Shown in pieces: positions 11,506 to 23,056 of a stretch of DNA of 41,729 bases (within the stretch, counting starts at the first letter, position 1; the number at the start of each line of letters is the position of its first letter). The notes beneath the pieces were generated by a model, which had not been told where the DNA came from, searched no databases, and saw nothing but the letters and a program-made list of their open reading frames with translations. The position numbers and the translations under genes were made by a program. The DNA is from Basidiobolus heterosporus B8920 (lineage: Eukaryota): positions 1 to 41,729 of the forward strand of contig JNET01029041.1 of the NCBI GenBank assembly GCA_000697455.1, read 5' to 3'.

Positions 11506-12203
11506 AGTCCTGGTTGACGTACTACATAGTATCATGAAGTATTCGGATGAAGGCCAAATAACAGTCTAGTTCCCATCTTCATCATTTCCTGGATTTCCAC
11601 TGGATCTATGCGTATCCAATTCTATATCTCAGTAGGTGACGTAAGCTAGCCAGAACGCTTGTCAATCACAGAATTAAGAATCAGCGTGAGGCATGGCTAA
11701 CAGAATAGAATTGGAGTAGATCATTAGTATTGAGTGGTAAGGAAAAGGTAACCAGGTCCCCATGAATATTGCTTTTGGAATTCGCCGTTTTAACCTAGGC
11801 TAGATTTCAGGTACAGTTCATAGCCATATCAAATACGCCGTTTGATCTATTTTAAAGTGAGATTCTTGCTCTATCTTTCGTTCCAATATGTGTGTTAGAT
11901 AATAATTACATGGTCTTGCTTGCTCAGCTAGAATTCCAATAAATTATGGTGTATTTGTGCAAAATGAGTGATATGAAAAAGAATGCTATAAAATTTTCCA
12001 CGTAATAGCATTAGTTTCGAAAGGTGATCAATTTGATTAGTTGGAGAGCAGGCGTCATTATTCGTATACCTTTGCCACAATTTGTTTCTCCTTGATTTTT
12101 CCTCCTTAGCTACGTATTATTAAAGAAGGAACACCTGACTCCTTTTTGCTTTTATACGTTTACAAAAAAGTCAAGTTTTCGAGAAAGCCATAAGCCAAAG
12201 ACA

Positions 12204-15200
12204 ATGATACAATCTCCTTGTATTCACGTCCCCAGTAAGCGGACAGAAGAGGTCGATTGGGCTACTCCTTTGAAAAAGTATATTGCTAGTAATTATCAAG
12301 ATGACCCAGAAAAATATTTGGAGGAGGTCAATACCATCAATAGACTTCGTCAAGATATGCGTGGTGCTGGGAAAGATACTACGGGAAGGGATTTGCTCTA
12401 TCGGTACTATGGACAATTGGAGCTGCTTGATTTACGCTTTCCTGTTGATGAAAACAACATTAAAATTTCCTTCACTTGGTAATATACCTCTTGAAACTTG
12501 GCGGCTTTTCTCTGTCTGACATGTTTGTTTAATTGTTTAGGTGTGATACATTTACTGGAAAAACCACTTCTCAATTTTCTTTAGCGTACGAAAAGGCTTG
12601 TACCATATTCAACATGGCTTCGACCTTGTCCGCAATTGCTTCTTCTCAAGTTCGCTCGGAGCCCGAGGGATTGAAGCGCGCTTTCAATTACTTTCAAGCT
12701 TCTGCTGGAATGTTTACTTACATAAATGAAAACTTCCTTCATGCCCCTTCTACTGATCTTAGTAGAGATATCGTTAAAATATTATCTCAACTCATGCTAT
12801 CTCAGGCTCAAGAATGTTTCCTCGAAAAAAGTCTTGGCGAGAAAAAGAAGGATGCTCTTATAGCAAAGTTAGCAAGTCAGGCTTCTTGGTCTTATGGATC
12901 AGTTGTTGATGCAATGAATGAAGGTGTCGCTAAAACTGCTCTTAGTCGTTGGTGGCATATGGTTTGTCAGGTAAGGCAATCTCTATGGAGTATATCTAGT
13001 CGAACCTGCTTTAATAACTTGTCAATCAACATCCGGCTAGGCCAAACAAAAGCACTATCAAGCTGTTGCTCAGTATCACAAAGCACTGGCATGTGAAGCT
13101 GAAAACAAGTATGGTGAAGTTGTTGCTCGCCTCACTTTCGCTGAAACCAATGCCAAGGAAGCCACTAAGTTGGTCAACACATTTGCAAGTGGATTTACAC
13201 CTTCTTTAACCTCCATCCCCCCAGATGCTGCAACAGCTCTTCAAGATATCACCAAATCTTCTCAGACCATCATTTCAGAGAAGTTGGTGTCGGCTACTAA
13301 AGATAACGACCTGGTTTATCATGATACTGTCCCTAATGTAGATGTGTTGCAACCTATCGACAAACTCAATGCTGTCAAACCCATCCCAATCTCCGAACTT
13401 TACGGTCCTAATGAAATACAAAAAGTTATTGGTGTTGATATTTTCCAAAGACTGATCCCTCTATCCGTTCACGAATCTTCATCTCTTTATTCAGAGGAAA
13501 AGGCAAAAATCATTCGTAAAGAGACAGAGAGAGTAGATCTTGCCGACGGAGAGCTTGATGCGGCCTTTTCTTTCATGCAACTTCCCCAGTCTATCGAAAA
13601 GTTCAAGAATAGAAATTCAGCAGGTGAGAAGTCTATCTCCTCTCTTGCTCGCAGCACTCCGGAGGTAAAAGAGTGGGCCAGGATGATCAGTCAAGAAGAA
13701 AACGAGAGAGGAATGGTCGGCGATTTAATTGTGACACTTGAAGGACTTCGAGGTAAAGCTAAGGAGTTGATCGACGGTGTTAGTATTTCCTTGGAGCAAG
13801 AACAGCGTGATTGTGAAGCTATGAGGGTAAGTTATATGCCATTGACGCACCTGTTAACAATCATTTAATCCTTCCACTTCACAGGTCAAATTTGGAGATC
13901 TCTGGACTCAAGTACCCTCTGGTACACTTACGGCTAGCTTCCGTCAAGATATCCGAACTCATCGCGAGGCTCTTGATAAAGCCATTGCTTCTGATAGGTC
14001 TTTGATCTCCAGATTCGAAGAAATACATACTTCCATTGAAGTACTTCGTGAAGGAGAGCATAGTGACAGACTAGAACAAATGTTTGCTGAAGCAGTTGCC
14101 AGTGCTGCAGGATCCGGTAGTAATTCTGCTAATGAAAGCACTTTATTAGATACCGATATGGAGGATGGAATCGAGTCTAACATAGCAAACATTGAAAAGA
14201 GTATTGAAAAGTTGAACAAGATCAAGAAGGAAAGACAAGAGACTCTTGACGACTTGAAGAATAAGGTTCGTACCTTCTGCTATGTTAATTCATAACTTTG
14301 ACCACCTTCTAACATTTATTGGTCTACAGATACAGGAAGATGATATTTCCCACTTGTTGATTTTAAATAAGAAATCTCCAAATATCGAGTCTCAGCTATT
14401 CGCCACTGAACTCGAAAAATTCAAGGGACATCAGAATCGTATTACCGCAGCTATTCACCACCAACAAGCAATTATTCAAGAGCTTTCCGGCTATTTCAAG
14501 GCTCTGATGGAAGGGGCTGAGGCTAAACGTGTTCAACGAGTTTGGGATAATGCTGAAGCTAGAAGGGACGAAGTGACCAACAAACTTCGCATTGCATCCA
14601 ACGACTACCTAGATATTAAGAATGGCGTTAGGTATTGTACATTTCTGAGATATATGTTGACCGTCTAGATCAAATCTAACATAGCATATTTGTTTACAGA
14701 AAAGGTGTCCAGTTCTACGCGGATTTGAATGATGTTTTAGCTGATCTTAATACCAATGCTAGGAGATTAGTTCACGACCGTGAGCAAGAGAGGCAATCCT
14801 TGGTTCAATCGATTGAAGGGAATAAAGTTGAACGAGAACATCAAGCACTAAAAGAGCAACTGGAGAAATATCAGGATGTTCCTCTGGATCGAGGTCAACG
14901 CCATTTTGAAAATCCTCCAATGAACCCTGCCTTTGCCAATCCTGCAGAAGCAAATATCTATGCAGATATGGCCATCAAGAAACTCACTGAACAGGCTAAT
15001 CGTCTTCATATTAACAATGAAAGTGGGCAGCTTCCTTATGCCCCTCCGGGTGCTCCATCAGGATTTAATCTCCCACCTCCCGCACATGCCCCTCCCGCTC
15101 CTAATCAAGGACCAGCAAGATACAACCAGCCCGACTACACCAATAGCCCGGTTTTCTCGCCTCCTCCACCTAACGCTCAGGGTTCCGTTTGTAAAACACC

Positions 15201-16941
15201 CTCTTATGGATCAGATAAAGCGCAGAGTCCCTACTATCCACCACCCCAGAACGCACAAGTGCCTATGGCAAGAACTCCGTCTTATGGATCGGAGGCTGAT
15301 CATCTTAACCCGTACTTCCCACCTGCTGGAAATCAACCACCTCCACCAATGAATGCCCCTCATGGTGCAGCTGTTCAACCAAGCATGATTCCTGGAGGTT
15401 ACCAACCTGCACAGTCACCCTATGTCAACCAAGATCCTCAATTTAGAGCTCCAAGACAACCTGCTCCTCAACATCCACATGCCAATATTCATTCACCTGA
15501 TGTTGCCGAGCCTAGACAGTTATCACCAGTAATGGACCGTAATACTCAAGCTCCAATCGGCGGATACCAAGGACAATACGGCTATGGCCAGCCTCCATAT
15601 CAACAGCAACAACAGCATCAACATCAACCGCCTATCCATACCTCGCAGCCTCAGAACTACTCTAGCCCAGTTGGATATGGGTACTCACAACAACAGACAC
15701 CAGTTCCTGAAAATGTCGCCAGTCCTCAAGCAAATACCGCTGGATGGCAACCTCAGCAGCAGTACCAGAAAAATCTACCACAACGTCCTGAGTACAATCC
15801 TGGCCCTGCACAGCCAGTTCAACAACAACAGCAGCAATACCCTAACCAGAACCCTCAACTCAATCAATATCCTGGTTATGGCGGAACCTCACCCATCCCA
15901 GGCCAAGGACAACAGGGAATACAGAGACAGCCATCCAATTATGATCTACAGTTGAAACAATCTCCTCTACAAGGACAGCAAATGGGTCCAAATGGCCAGC
16001 CCCCTCGTAATCAACCTCCCCCACAACCTCAATATCAAGGCTTTGATCAAGTAGGCCAAAGACCTGATCCCCAACAATATTATAACCCACGTAATCAACA
16101 ACCACAATATAATCCCGCATTGCAGCAACAACCTCCTCAACAACCGCAACAACATCCTCGTCCAAACATGTATCATGAGGGAAGTCAAAATTCGCAATCC
16201 CAATACCCTTATGGTAACGGGCCAAATGCTCAAGTTATTTCTTCACCTTATCAACCATCTAATCCAGCTACGCTATCTGGCGGCTCTGATAACTCTTATG
16301 TGTCCACATCACAAGCTCCACCTCAACAAGGCTATCAATCGCAGCCACAGCAAGCACCATATCAACAATATCATGGTCAGCCACCAAACCAGCAACCGGG
16401 TCAAGACCCAAGACTGAGAGAAGCTACAGTTGGACAACAACCATATCAATACCAAGGAGGATCGGGTGGGCCAATGGGACAGCATCCCCCTCAACATCAG
16501 CAACCACCACTCCAACAAGAGCATAACTATCCAGGTTATCAGCAAAGACTTCCGCAAAATTATGAGGTGCCATCTCAACAATATCAACCATCAAATCCTC
16601 AACAACAATTCCAAGCTCCACCTGGACCACATGGATACCAATTGCAACAAGGCTATAACCCACCTCCACCTCAAGGCGCAAGTGGTTACGTGAATCCATC
16701 GCCTCAAGGATGGCAGCAAGGAGCACCGCAACAGCAACCTATGGGTAATCAATATCAACCCCCAGCTGTGATCCAGGGTCAGCAACCTCCAGCTCCGCAA
16801 CAGCAGCAGCAACAACAACAATACCAGCAGCAGCAGCAACAGCAACAGCAACCTGGACAATGGAATGGTTATCCTCAACAACAAGCACCACCTCCAGGGA
16901 ATTTCTACGGAGGACAGGGAGGCGGATCTCTCTTGGACTAA
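12204..16941 (+). CDS. BRO1: ESCRT-associated Bro1 protein (Bro1 domain, V domain, long Pro/Gln-rich tail), 1471 aa, 6 exons
   Basis: Exons 12204-12478, 12541-12970, 13041-13826, 13885-14265, 14330-14631 and 14700-16941 sum to 4416 nt in frame. Motifs RQDMRGAGKD..GRDLLYRYYGQLELLDLRFP, SLAYEKAC, DNDLVYH, SLYSEEKAK indicate Bro1 rather than PalA/Rim20. Confidence 0.93.
16798..16851 (+). repeat. CAG/CAA polyglutamine tract in BRO1
   Basis: Encodes Q8-Y-Q9 in mixed CAA/CAG codons. Confidence 0.9.
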
Positions 16942-17192
16942 AAGCCCAAAGACATCCAACTAAAGCAACCATCATAACTCACCATTCCATTTCACCATCA
17001 CTCACAAACGAAACACTTTCCAACATGAATCAATCAGTTGACATAAGCATATTCGTTTGAAAGAAATTTTTTATTTTATGTAGCAAAAGAGATATATATT
17101 AATTAATGTATAAATTTTTAAGAAATTTCCCAAAAATTCATTCGTCTGGTATCTTTTAGTTAATTGACTACCATATAAAAAGGTAAGGACAA

Positions 17193-17212
17193 GGGTTAGG
17201 GTTAGGGTTGGG
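17193..17212 (+). repeat. Short telomere-like motif GGGTTAGGGTTAGGGTTGGG
   Basis: Two perfect TTAGGG units plus a degenerate unit give four G3 tracts, between the convergent 3' ends of BRO1 and the arrestin gene. Confidence 0.6.
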
Positions 17213-17378
17213 TTTGGTCTTTACTACAAAATCAAGTTTTATGAATGATCAACATGTGGATTATTTATTATTTATCTATATTACAAATCTATGTGTCTAT
17301 CTCATTGGATGGTAGTGAACACAATGGTCTATGTATATATAAGTGTGAGTGTGAGGTTATGCCAGCGTGAGATGAAGT

Positions 17379-18450
17379 TTAAGCAGCGGAGTTCACAACA
17401 GTATGGTAATGAGGAGGAGCTATCATGGTTTCCATGGAGTATTCATAAGATGGTGGTGATGGAACGATACTGTAGCAAGGTAGCTCTTCATTGGTGTCCA
17501 GGTTTGGAGGACTAATAAGTATAGGAAGTTCGAAGTGAGCACTGGTCAACTTTCCCTTGAAACTAACATCAATACGGATCTGAAGACGATGTGTCACTTC
17601 AATATATTCGTTACTGGAGTCGAAGATCTTCAGTGAAGAGGGGATCTTCATCATCAACACCTTCTCGTTGTTAAGATGTTCTTCGCGGAACCAAGCAAAA
17701 CTCGTGTCTAAGTTTCTTTCAGTCTCGCGGACGATTTGGTTGGGATTCTTTGGGGATTTGTAGACAATACGTTGCTTTAGTAAGCAAGCAGCAAGGAGAA
17801 TTTTGTCCAGTTTGGTGTGATCAGTAATCTCGTGTTGTAACTGTAATGGAAACTCATCCCCAGGAGAGAATCGTAAATTGGGAATGGTGAAGTGACAGGA
17901 TAGTTTGTTCTCCCATTCTTGTTCCATATGCGTGATATGGCGAGGAGTGAGCAGAGAGTCAACGTAACGTCTGATATAGACAGGTTGCTCTGCCTTGAGT
18001 TTAAAGTATATTAAGGTAGTGTCGACTACCGCCTTGAACTTGTATTGGATAGACCCAGATTCCGATTTGATGCTTTCTGGTAAGTCTCTGGGCATAGCAA
18101 GTGTGAAGTCATAGGTGTTGATTTGTCCACTCTTGAAAGTTTGGCTCGTGGTGCTGTTGAGGAAGTTCCATTCTTTGTGATAGAAGAGGGTTTCATTCTT
18201 GCGAATATCTAAGAGATGAAGTGTGTTAGAGATCAGTAAATTAGAACTGATTAAATGATTGATGTTGCTTACCTGTAGTGGTTTGAACGGAGTATCTTCC
18301 TTCGAATTGAAGGGTGATTTTGTTAACTTTGACTGTGGAGTTGGGGGTGAAAATCAAAGTCCCGGAGAGAAGGTGGTCGCCAGTTCCACCGTAGCCTTTG
18401 TAAAATGTGTCTTGATCTAAGACAATATCGAGTTGAGTTTTTCTGGTCAT
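17379..18450 (-). CDS. Alpha-arrestin (ART family) Rsp5/Nedd4 adaptor, 335 aa, 2 exons
   Basis: Exons 18450-18273 and 18208-17379 join in frame. Arrestin-N features (LSGTL, ITLQFEG, YDFTLAMPRDLPES, GSIQYKFKA), arrestin-C (IEVTHRLQI) and C-terminal PY motifs LPCY, PPSY, PPHY. Confidence 0.88.
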
Positions 18451-19617
18451 TGTAACTTGTAAACGGATACTTCAAAAAGTTGACAATCTTCCCCCTCTTA
18501 TATACACTTCATCCTGTATTCAACGGACAATGTCCCCCATTTTGGAATTGCTGTATATGGTACCATTATCGCTGAGTATCCTAACTTTTAAAAAATCTGC
18601 GGACCATGTTATCTCTCTCACTTCCAGATGCATTCGATTCGTGATTGCTTGCATATCCAAAAAAGGCAGCATTTAGCGAATCATCTAGGAATCCTAAGAG
18701 TCATTGCAGTGGAGTGTTAATATTATGAGCAAATATTGGTCAATTGTTGAAAGAATTCTCGAATGAATTCATTGCTTTTGGGAAGAATAATTATCAAATG
18801 GATTAGCTAGATTTGTGATGGGGCAGTTGGTGAAAACATGGGAAAAATGTGAAAATTACGAACATTGCGATTTAAATGAATGCAATTCGATTCCAAGTTA
18901 CCATAAAAAAATTGTTTTGTAAATTGAATTTCGATGGTGGTCGGCAATTCCATATCCTTGGTATCAACAACCAATTTCGTATTATTTATGGAAATTTTTG
19001 ATCAATGTGGACATCGTTATCTCAAGAGATATGGTGTTTCCCTGCCTATATTGGCGAGTTGGTAACTCCGATATGGCTATGCAAACCGCCTACATGGTGT
19101 AACTGATCGCTACGATAATGTAATTTACGTAAAAATCTGTCGATTACCCAAGCCAAACCTTTCCACTCCAAGACTTGTGGAATTATTGCCAACACTTCGA
19201 TTAATCAGCCATGGACTGCTTCATGACTAATGATGACATCTAAGGGAGAAACGGAATTTGGATTTATCAAGTATTTACATGAAGAAGTACTGCGTCAATT
19301 TTGCTATAACTCGGGATCAACATGAAGAAAGGACGGTATTCACAAATGGATTAATTGGTAGCTTGATTTATTCCGTTGAATCAAAATTGTCTATATGCCA
19401 AACTTAGTTGTCAAACCAAAGGAATTGTTAGTGCATTTGGATGGATGTATATATACACTTTTACTAGAAGAGATATGGGTCATTTAGTAAGCTGATCTAC
19501 TTGTGATTTTCTTCAAGCAATATCAGAATATATGCCAGTCGTGTGCTTGGGTGATTTTTATTTTTGAACTGTTTAAAGTATCAAATTGTATCGAAGGGGA
19601 AATTCACAAAGAAGAAA

Positions 19618-20031
19618 TTAATGGGCACGACGAGATTCGGCGATAACATTGGACATCTCTTCAACCTTGGCCTTGGCACGGATGAAGGTACCAAGTCTCT
19701 TCTTAGCAAGCTTACGGGCACGCTTATCCTTGGAGTTCTTTAACAATTCCATGATACGACGTTCATATGGGGCAAATCCAGCAACTTCACGAACGATTTC
19801 ACGAACGAACTTGACGCGCTTGGAAGCAACCTAGAGTTATCAAATATGCGAGGTGAGTCGAAAGTTCATTAAGAATATCTATCTTGGGATGTTCCATCGA
19901 TCCATCCATTAGATTAATGTGGATTCACTTACCCCCTTCTTGTGGGAAGGCTTGACCTTCAACTCACGACGAGTGGTGATGTGACCGTGGTTAGCACCAA
20001 GGATAATACCTGACTTTTGAGTAACGGCCAT
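19618..20031 (-). CDS. RPL36: 60S ribosomal protein L36 (eL36), 103 aa, 2 exons
   Basis: Exons 20031-19933 and 19830-19618: [17 protein letters not shown]...[51 protein letters not shown]. Confidence 0.97.
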
Positions 20032-20157
20032 GTTTAGCAACTCTTCAAACGAAAATACACGTTTCGTCGTGGAAGAAATAAGAGAAGGAGCAATCTTCGA
20101 GGCGTCCTTCGTGGTCATAAAGCTTCCAATCCACCGTGGCCACCCTTTTTTTGCGTG

Positions 20158-20166
20158 TCACGTGAG
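20158..20166. promoter_or_regulatory. E-box TCACGTGAG in the divergent promoter of RPL36 and the small gene
   Basis: Same core and orientation as the E-boxes at 11493 and 22713, about 127 bp upstream of RPL36. Confidence 0.4.
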
Positions 20167-20342
20167 ATGCTGGGATTTTTTTTACGATTCCGTTTTGATT
20201 TTTTCATGCAAAACACCGACATCTGGCATATCCCCATGAGATTCATGTACACCCCATGATATACTGTTTAGATTGATAGATAGATAGAGATAAACACTTA
20301 GGGTTATCAAATGATCCAATTCAGCTTTAGACTTTGTAGAGC

Positions 20343-20790
20343 ATGTTTAAGGAATACTTTATGAGTGCGAGATTTTTTCACCAGTCTAGAGTGGTGTACA
20401 CTAGGTTGGAGCCACTGATACTCAGTACTTTAACCATCAAAAGCACTGCCACTACCCAGGAAATACGCACTGTTTGCCGGGAAGTAGAGAGCGTGGACAA
20501 GGTGATTGACAAAGCCATACTTTCCCTTGAAAAAGAAAAAATCCTCACTCGCGTCAAAAGTTCTACCGCACCGAATTATGTTGGCCCAGGTGGTCTGAGT
20601 GCTGAGCAGGCAAGCTTTTTCCAGCCAAAATACTCGAATATTTGTTGATTAAGATTTATATTGACACTCGTATATCAACCTGCTTGTTTAGATATTTACC
20701 AAGGTGCAAGAAGCTAGACGCAGAGATGAGGAAAGCGGTCTACAGGAAGACTCAAGTCTCAACAAGGAAATCAAATGGAAGATTGCCTGA
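20343..20790 (+). CDS. Small hypothetical protein (115-121 aa), probably mitochondrial, with a GC-AG intron
   Basis: Exon 20343-20609, intron CAG|GCAAGC...TTGAC...TTTAG (20610-20691), exon 20692-20790 (IFTKVQEARRRDEESG...IKWKIA*). N-terminal MSARFFHQSRVVY resembles a presequence. Confidence 0.55.
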
Positions 20791-21084
20791 ATTCTTAAAC
20801 TATCAAAGCCACATCTGGGCATAATTTGTGGGAGAAATTAATCCATTCAGTTGATTGAGTTCGCTTGGGCAATTTGTCGGACAAAAAATACCTAGAGAAT
20901 CAAAAGTAATCTATGATTTTATTAACCAGAAGGGTGGGAAGGGGAAAAAAGAAAACCATCGGTTCGTCTTGTGGGCACTGATGGCCGATATTAAGAATTC
21001 TTGGCTTGAGATACATGGGTGTACTTGTAAGACTTATGATTACATAACAAATGTGAGATTGTATGGTTTTGAAGTAAATGCCTC

Positions 21085-22638
21085 TTAGAATCCACTATCA
21101 AATAAATAATTGGCGGCTAATTCCTCATTTTTATCGCAGGCAAAATAGGCTTCGGTAGCGGTTTCGCGATCGAATCCTAGCGCAACCAACTAATACAAAT
21201 GGGTTAGTGTTTCTGAAGGATCTGGCTTACTTTCCAAATGACCTACCCTATCTATAGCTTCTTTCTCTTGCGGAGATATTTGGATATATTGCATTTCTGG
21301 GTCTTCGGGATCATAATCTTCATCATCATCCATATCATCGTTGTCCGCGCTTAATAATTGGAAGAAAGTATCCTGATTTTCATTAATGAGTTGGAGAAGT
21401 TCAGGGTTGGCCTGTCCGAGTTGCTGTAGCAAGGGTTGAAGCAGTTCGGGATTTTGATGAACAAGTTGGCGCAGTTGTTGGAATTGTGGCTGTCCTGTTA
21501 AGAACGACAGGTCGGCATCATCTTCGTCCTGATCTTCCATAGCGGCTGCTTCAGCTGCTGCAGTGAAGAGATTTTGGGGTTGGCCTATAGGGAGAGGGGC
21601 GCAACAAATGTCTTGTTAATATTACATTCATAGTGAGCGACGAATCCAATAGATGATACTTACGAAGATTGGTAGTCGCGGTTTCCCGTTGTGTCTGCTC
21701 TGGGATACCCTGGTATATATTTTATAGGTTAATTGATGGACATTGATAAATCTGTACTGTACTGGCTAAACGAACATTCATCAAGTATTCTACTGCTCTA
21801 TCGGGGTTGTTGAAGCTAGCACGCATAGCTTTCGTTATCTTTTCGCGTTCGAATCCCATTTCCAGCATATGTGAGATTGCTGCCTCATATTCAGGGCCTG
21901 TCGCTTTGATAAAATGTGAGTGAATTTGAGTACTTCTATAAAACCACGCACATAGCAATGATACCTAATTCGCTATCTGCACTACTATTATCCTGAGTAT
22001 TAGAAGGTGGTCTAGGCGCAGGTGTATCGTCTGGTTTGTCTTCAGCGCTAACCTGACGCTGAGTATTCCGAGTAGGTGCAAGAGGAGTTTGAACCAGAGC
22101 AGCAGGTGGGGCTGGAGTGACCGGAACTTCGGTTGTTGTGGTAGTGGCGCTTGAGGCAGCAGGTTGAGCCTTGGGCTACAAAAGAATTTAGCATTTTGTT
22201 TACTCCAAGATATATGCGCGAAATAGATGAACAGTACCTTCGACACCATGACAACCATAAAGTCCCGTTCAGTGGCATTGTATTCAGAAACCAACTTTTC
22301 GTCATCCAAAATTTTGCCTGAAATATTTCGTAACGTAAAATAAAGTATAAGCTTCTAAACAACCAGCTTCTATGAATGTGCGAAGCAAGAAAAAACACAA
22401 ACGCTAGTCGAAATAAGTACCTGAGAAAATGAGTTTTTGTTGAGCCACTGGATAGCCTTGACTTTGCTCAATTTTTTCCTTCAAAGTTGAAACCTGATAT
22501 TCCCCAATCCCGGGAGCGGGGTTAATTCAAAGAGAACTTTTTTGTGTATGAAGTGGATTCTATCCTTATTACCTTGTCTTCAGGTTCTACCTCGATTTGA
22601 AATTGTTTTTGTTGTAAAGTCTTAATAGTAAGCTTCAT
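21085..22638 (-). CDS. RAD23: UV excision repair / ubiquitin shuttle protein Rad23 (UBL, UBA1, XPC-binding, UBA2), multi-exon
   Basis: [34 protein letters not shown]...[68 protein letters not shown]. Confidence 0.96.
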
Positions 22639-22712
22639 TTTGACTCTTCCAGTTGAATAAGTTGAATTCGCAGGTGGTTGACACTACACGATAGCAAAAA
22701 GCTATATTCGTA

Positions 22713-22725
22713 CAATCACGTGAGG
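22713..22725. promoter_or_regulatory. Extended E-box CAATCACGTGAGG upstream of RAD23
   Basis: About 75 bp upstream of the RAD23 ATG. Identical to 11493-11505. Confidence 0.45.
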
Positions 22726-23056
22726 TAGGTGCTTGGCCCCTCGAAAATTTACTCATGACGACGCGCACTTGGACATTTTTTTTTGTGCTGCGAGAGTCAT
22801 AAAAAAAAATTATGGTAATGATTCTGTTGGCTGTCAAAAGGGTAGTTGTAAGCTAAATCAAAAAGCCGACATTTTGTTTGTTTCTTGTATCCTATTTATA
22901 TTTATAGATAAGGCCGGAGATTGAACAGGATTTCAAGGGTTATCTCACAATAAACTGTTTGCTATTGATTGGTATGATTTTGGTTGTACTTAAATGATCT
23001 CGAGTTAGGTAAGGTATGTAGGGTGGGTGGCGGCGGTGGAAATACGCGACTTCCAC

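Noticed and set aside
14759..17060. Many overlapping and antisense ORFs (poly-Leu/Val/Asn)
   Set aside because: They are shadows of the low-complexity BRO1 tail.
19831..19932. Possible intronic snoRNA in RPL36
   Set aside because: No convincing C/D or H/ACA boxes in the 102-nt intron.
21847..21857. tRNA T-loop/B-box-like GTTCGAATCCC
   Set aside because: It is the antisense of the RAD23 codons for GFER, and no cloverleaf forms.
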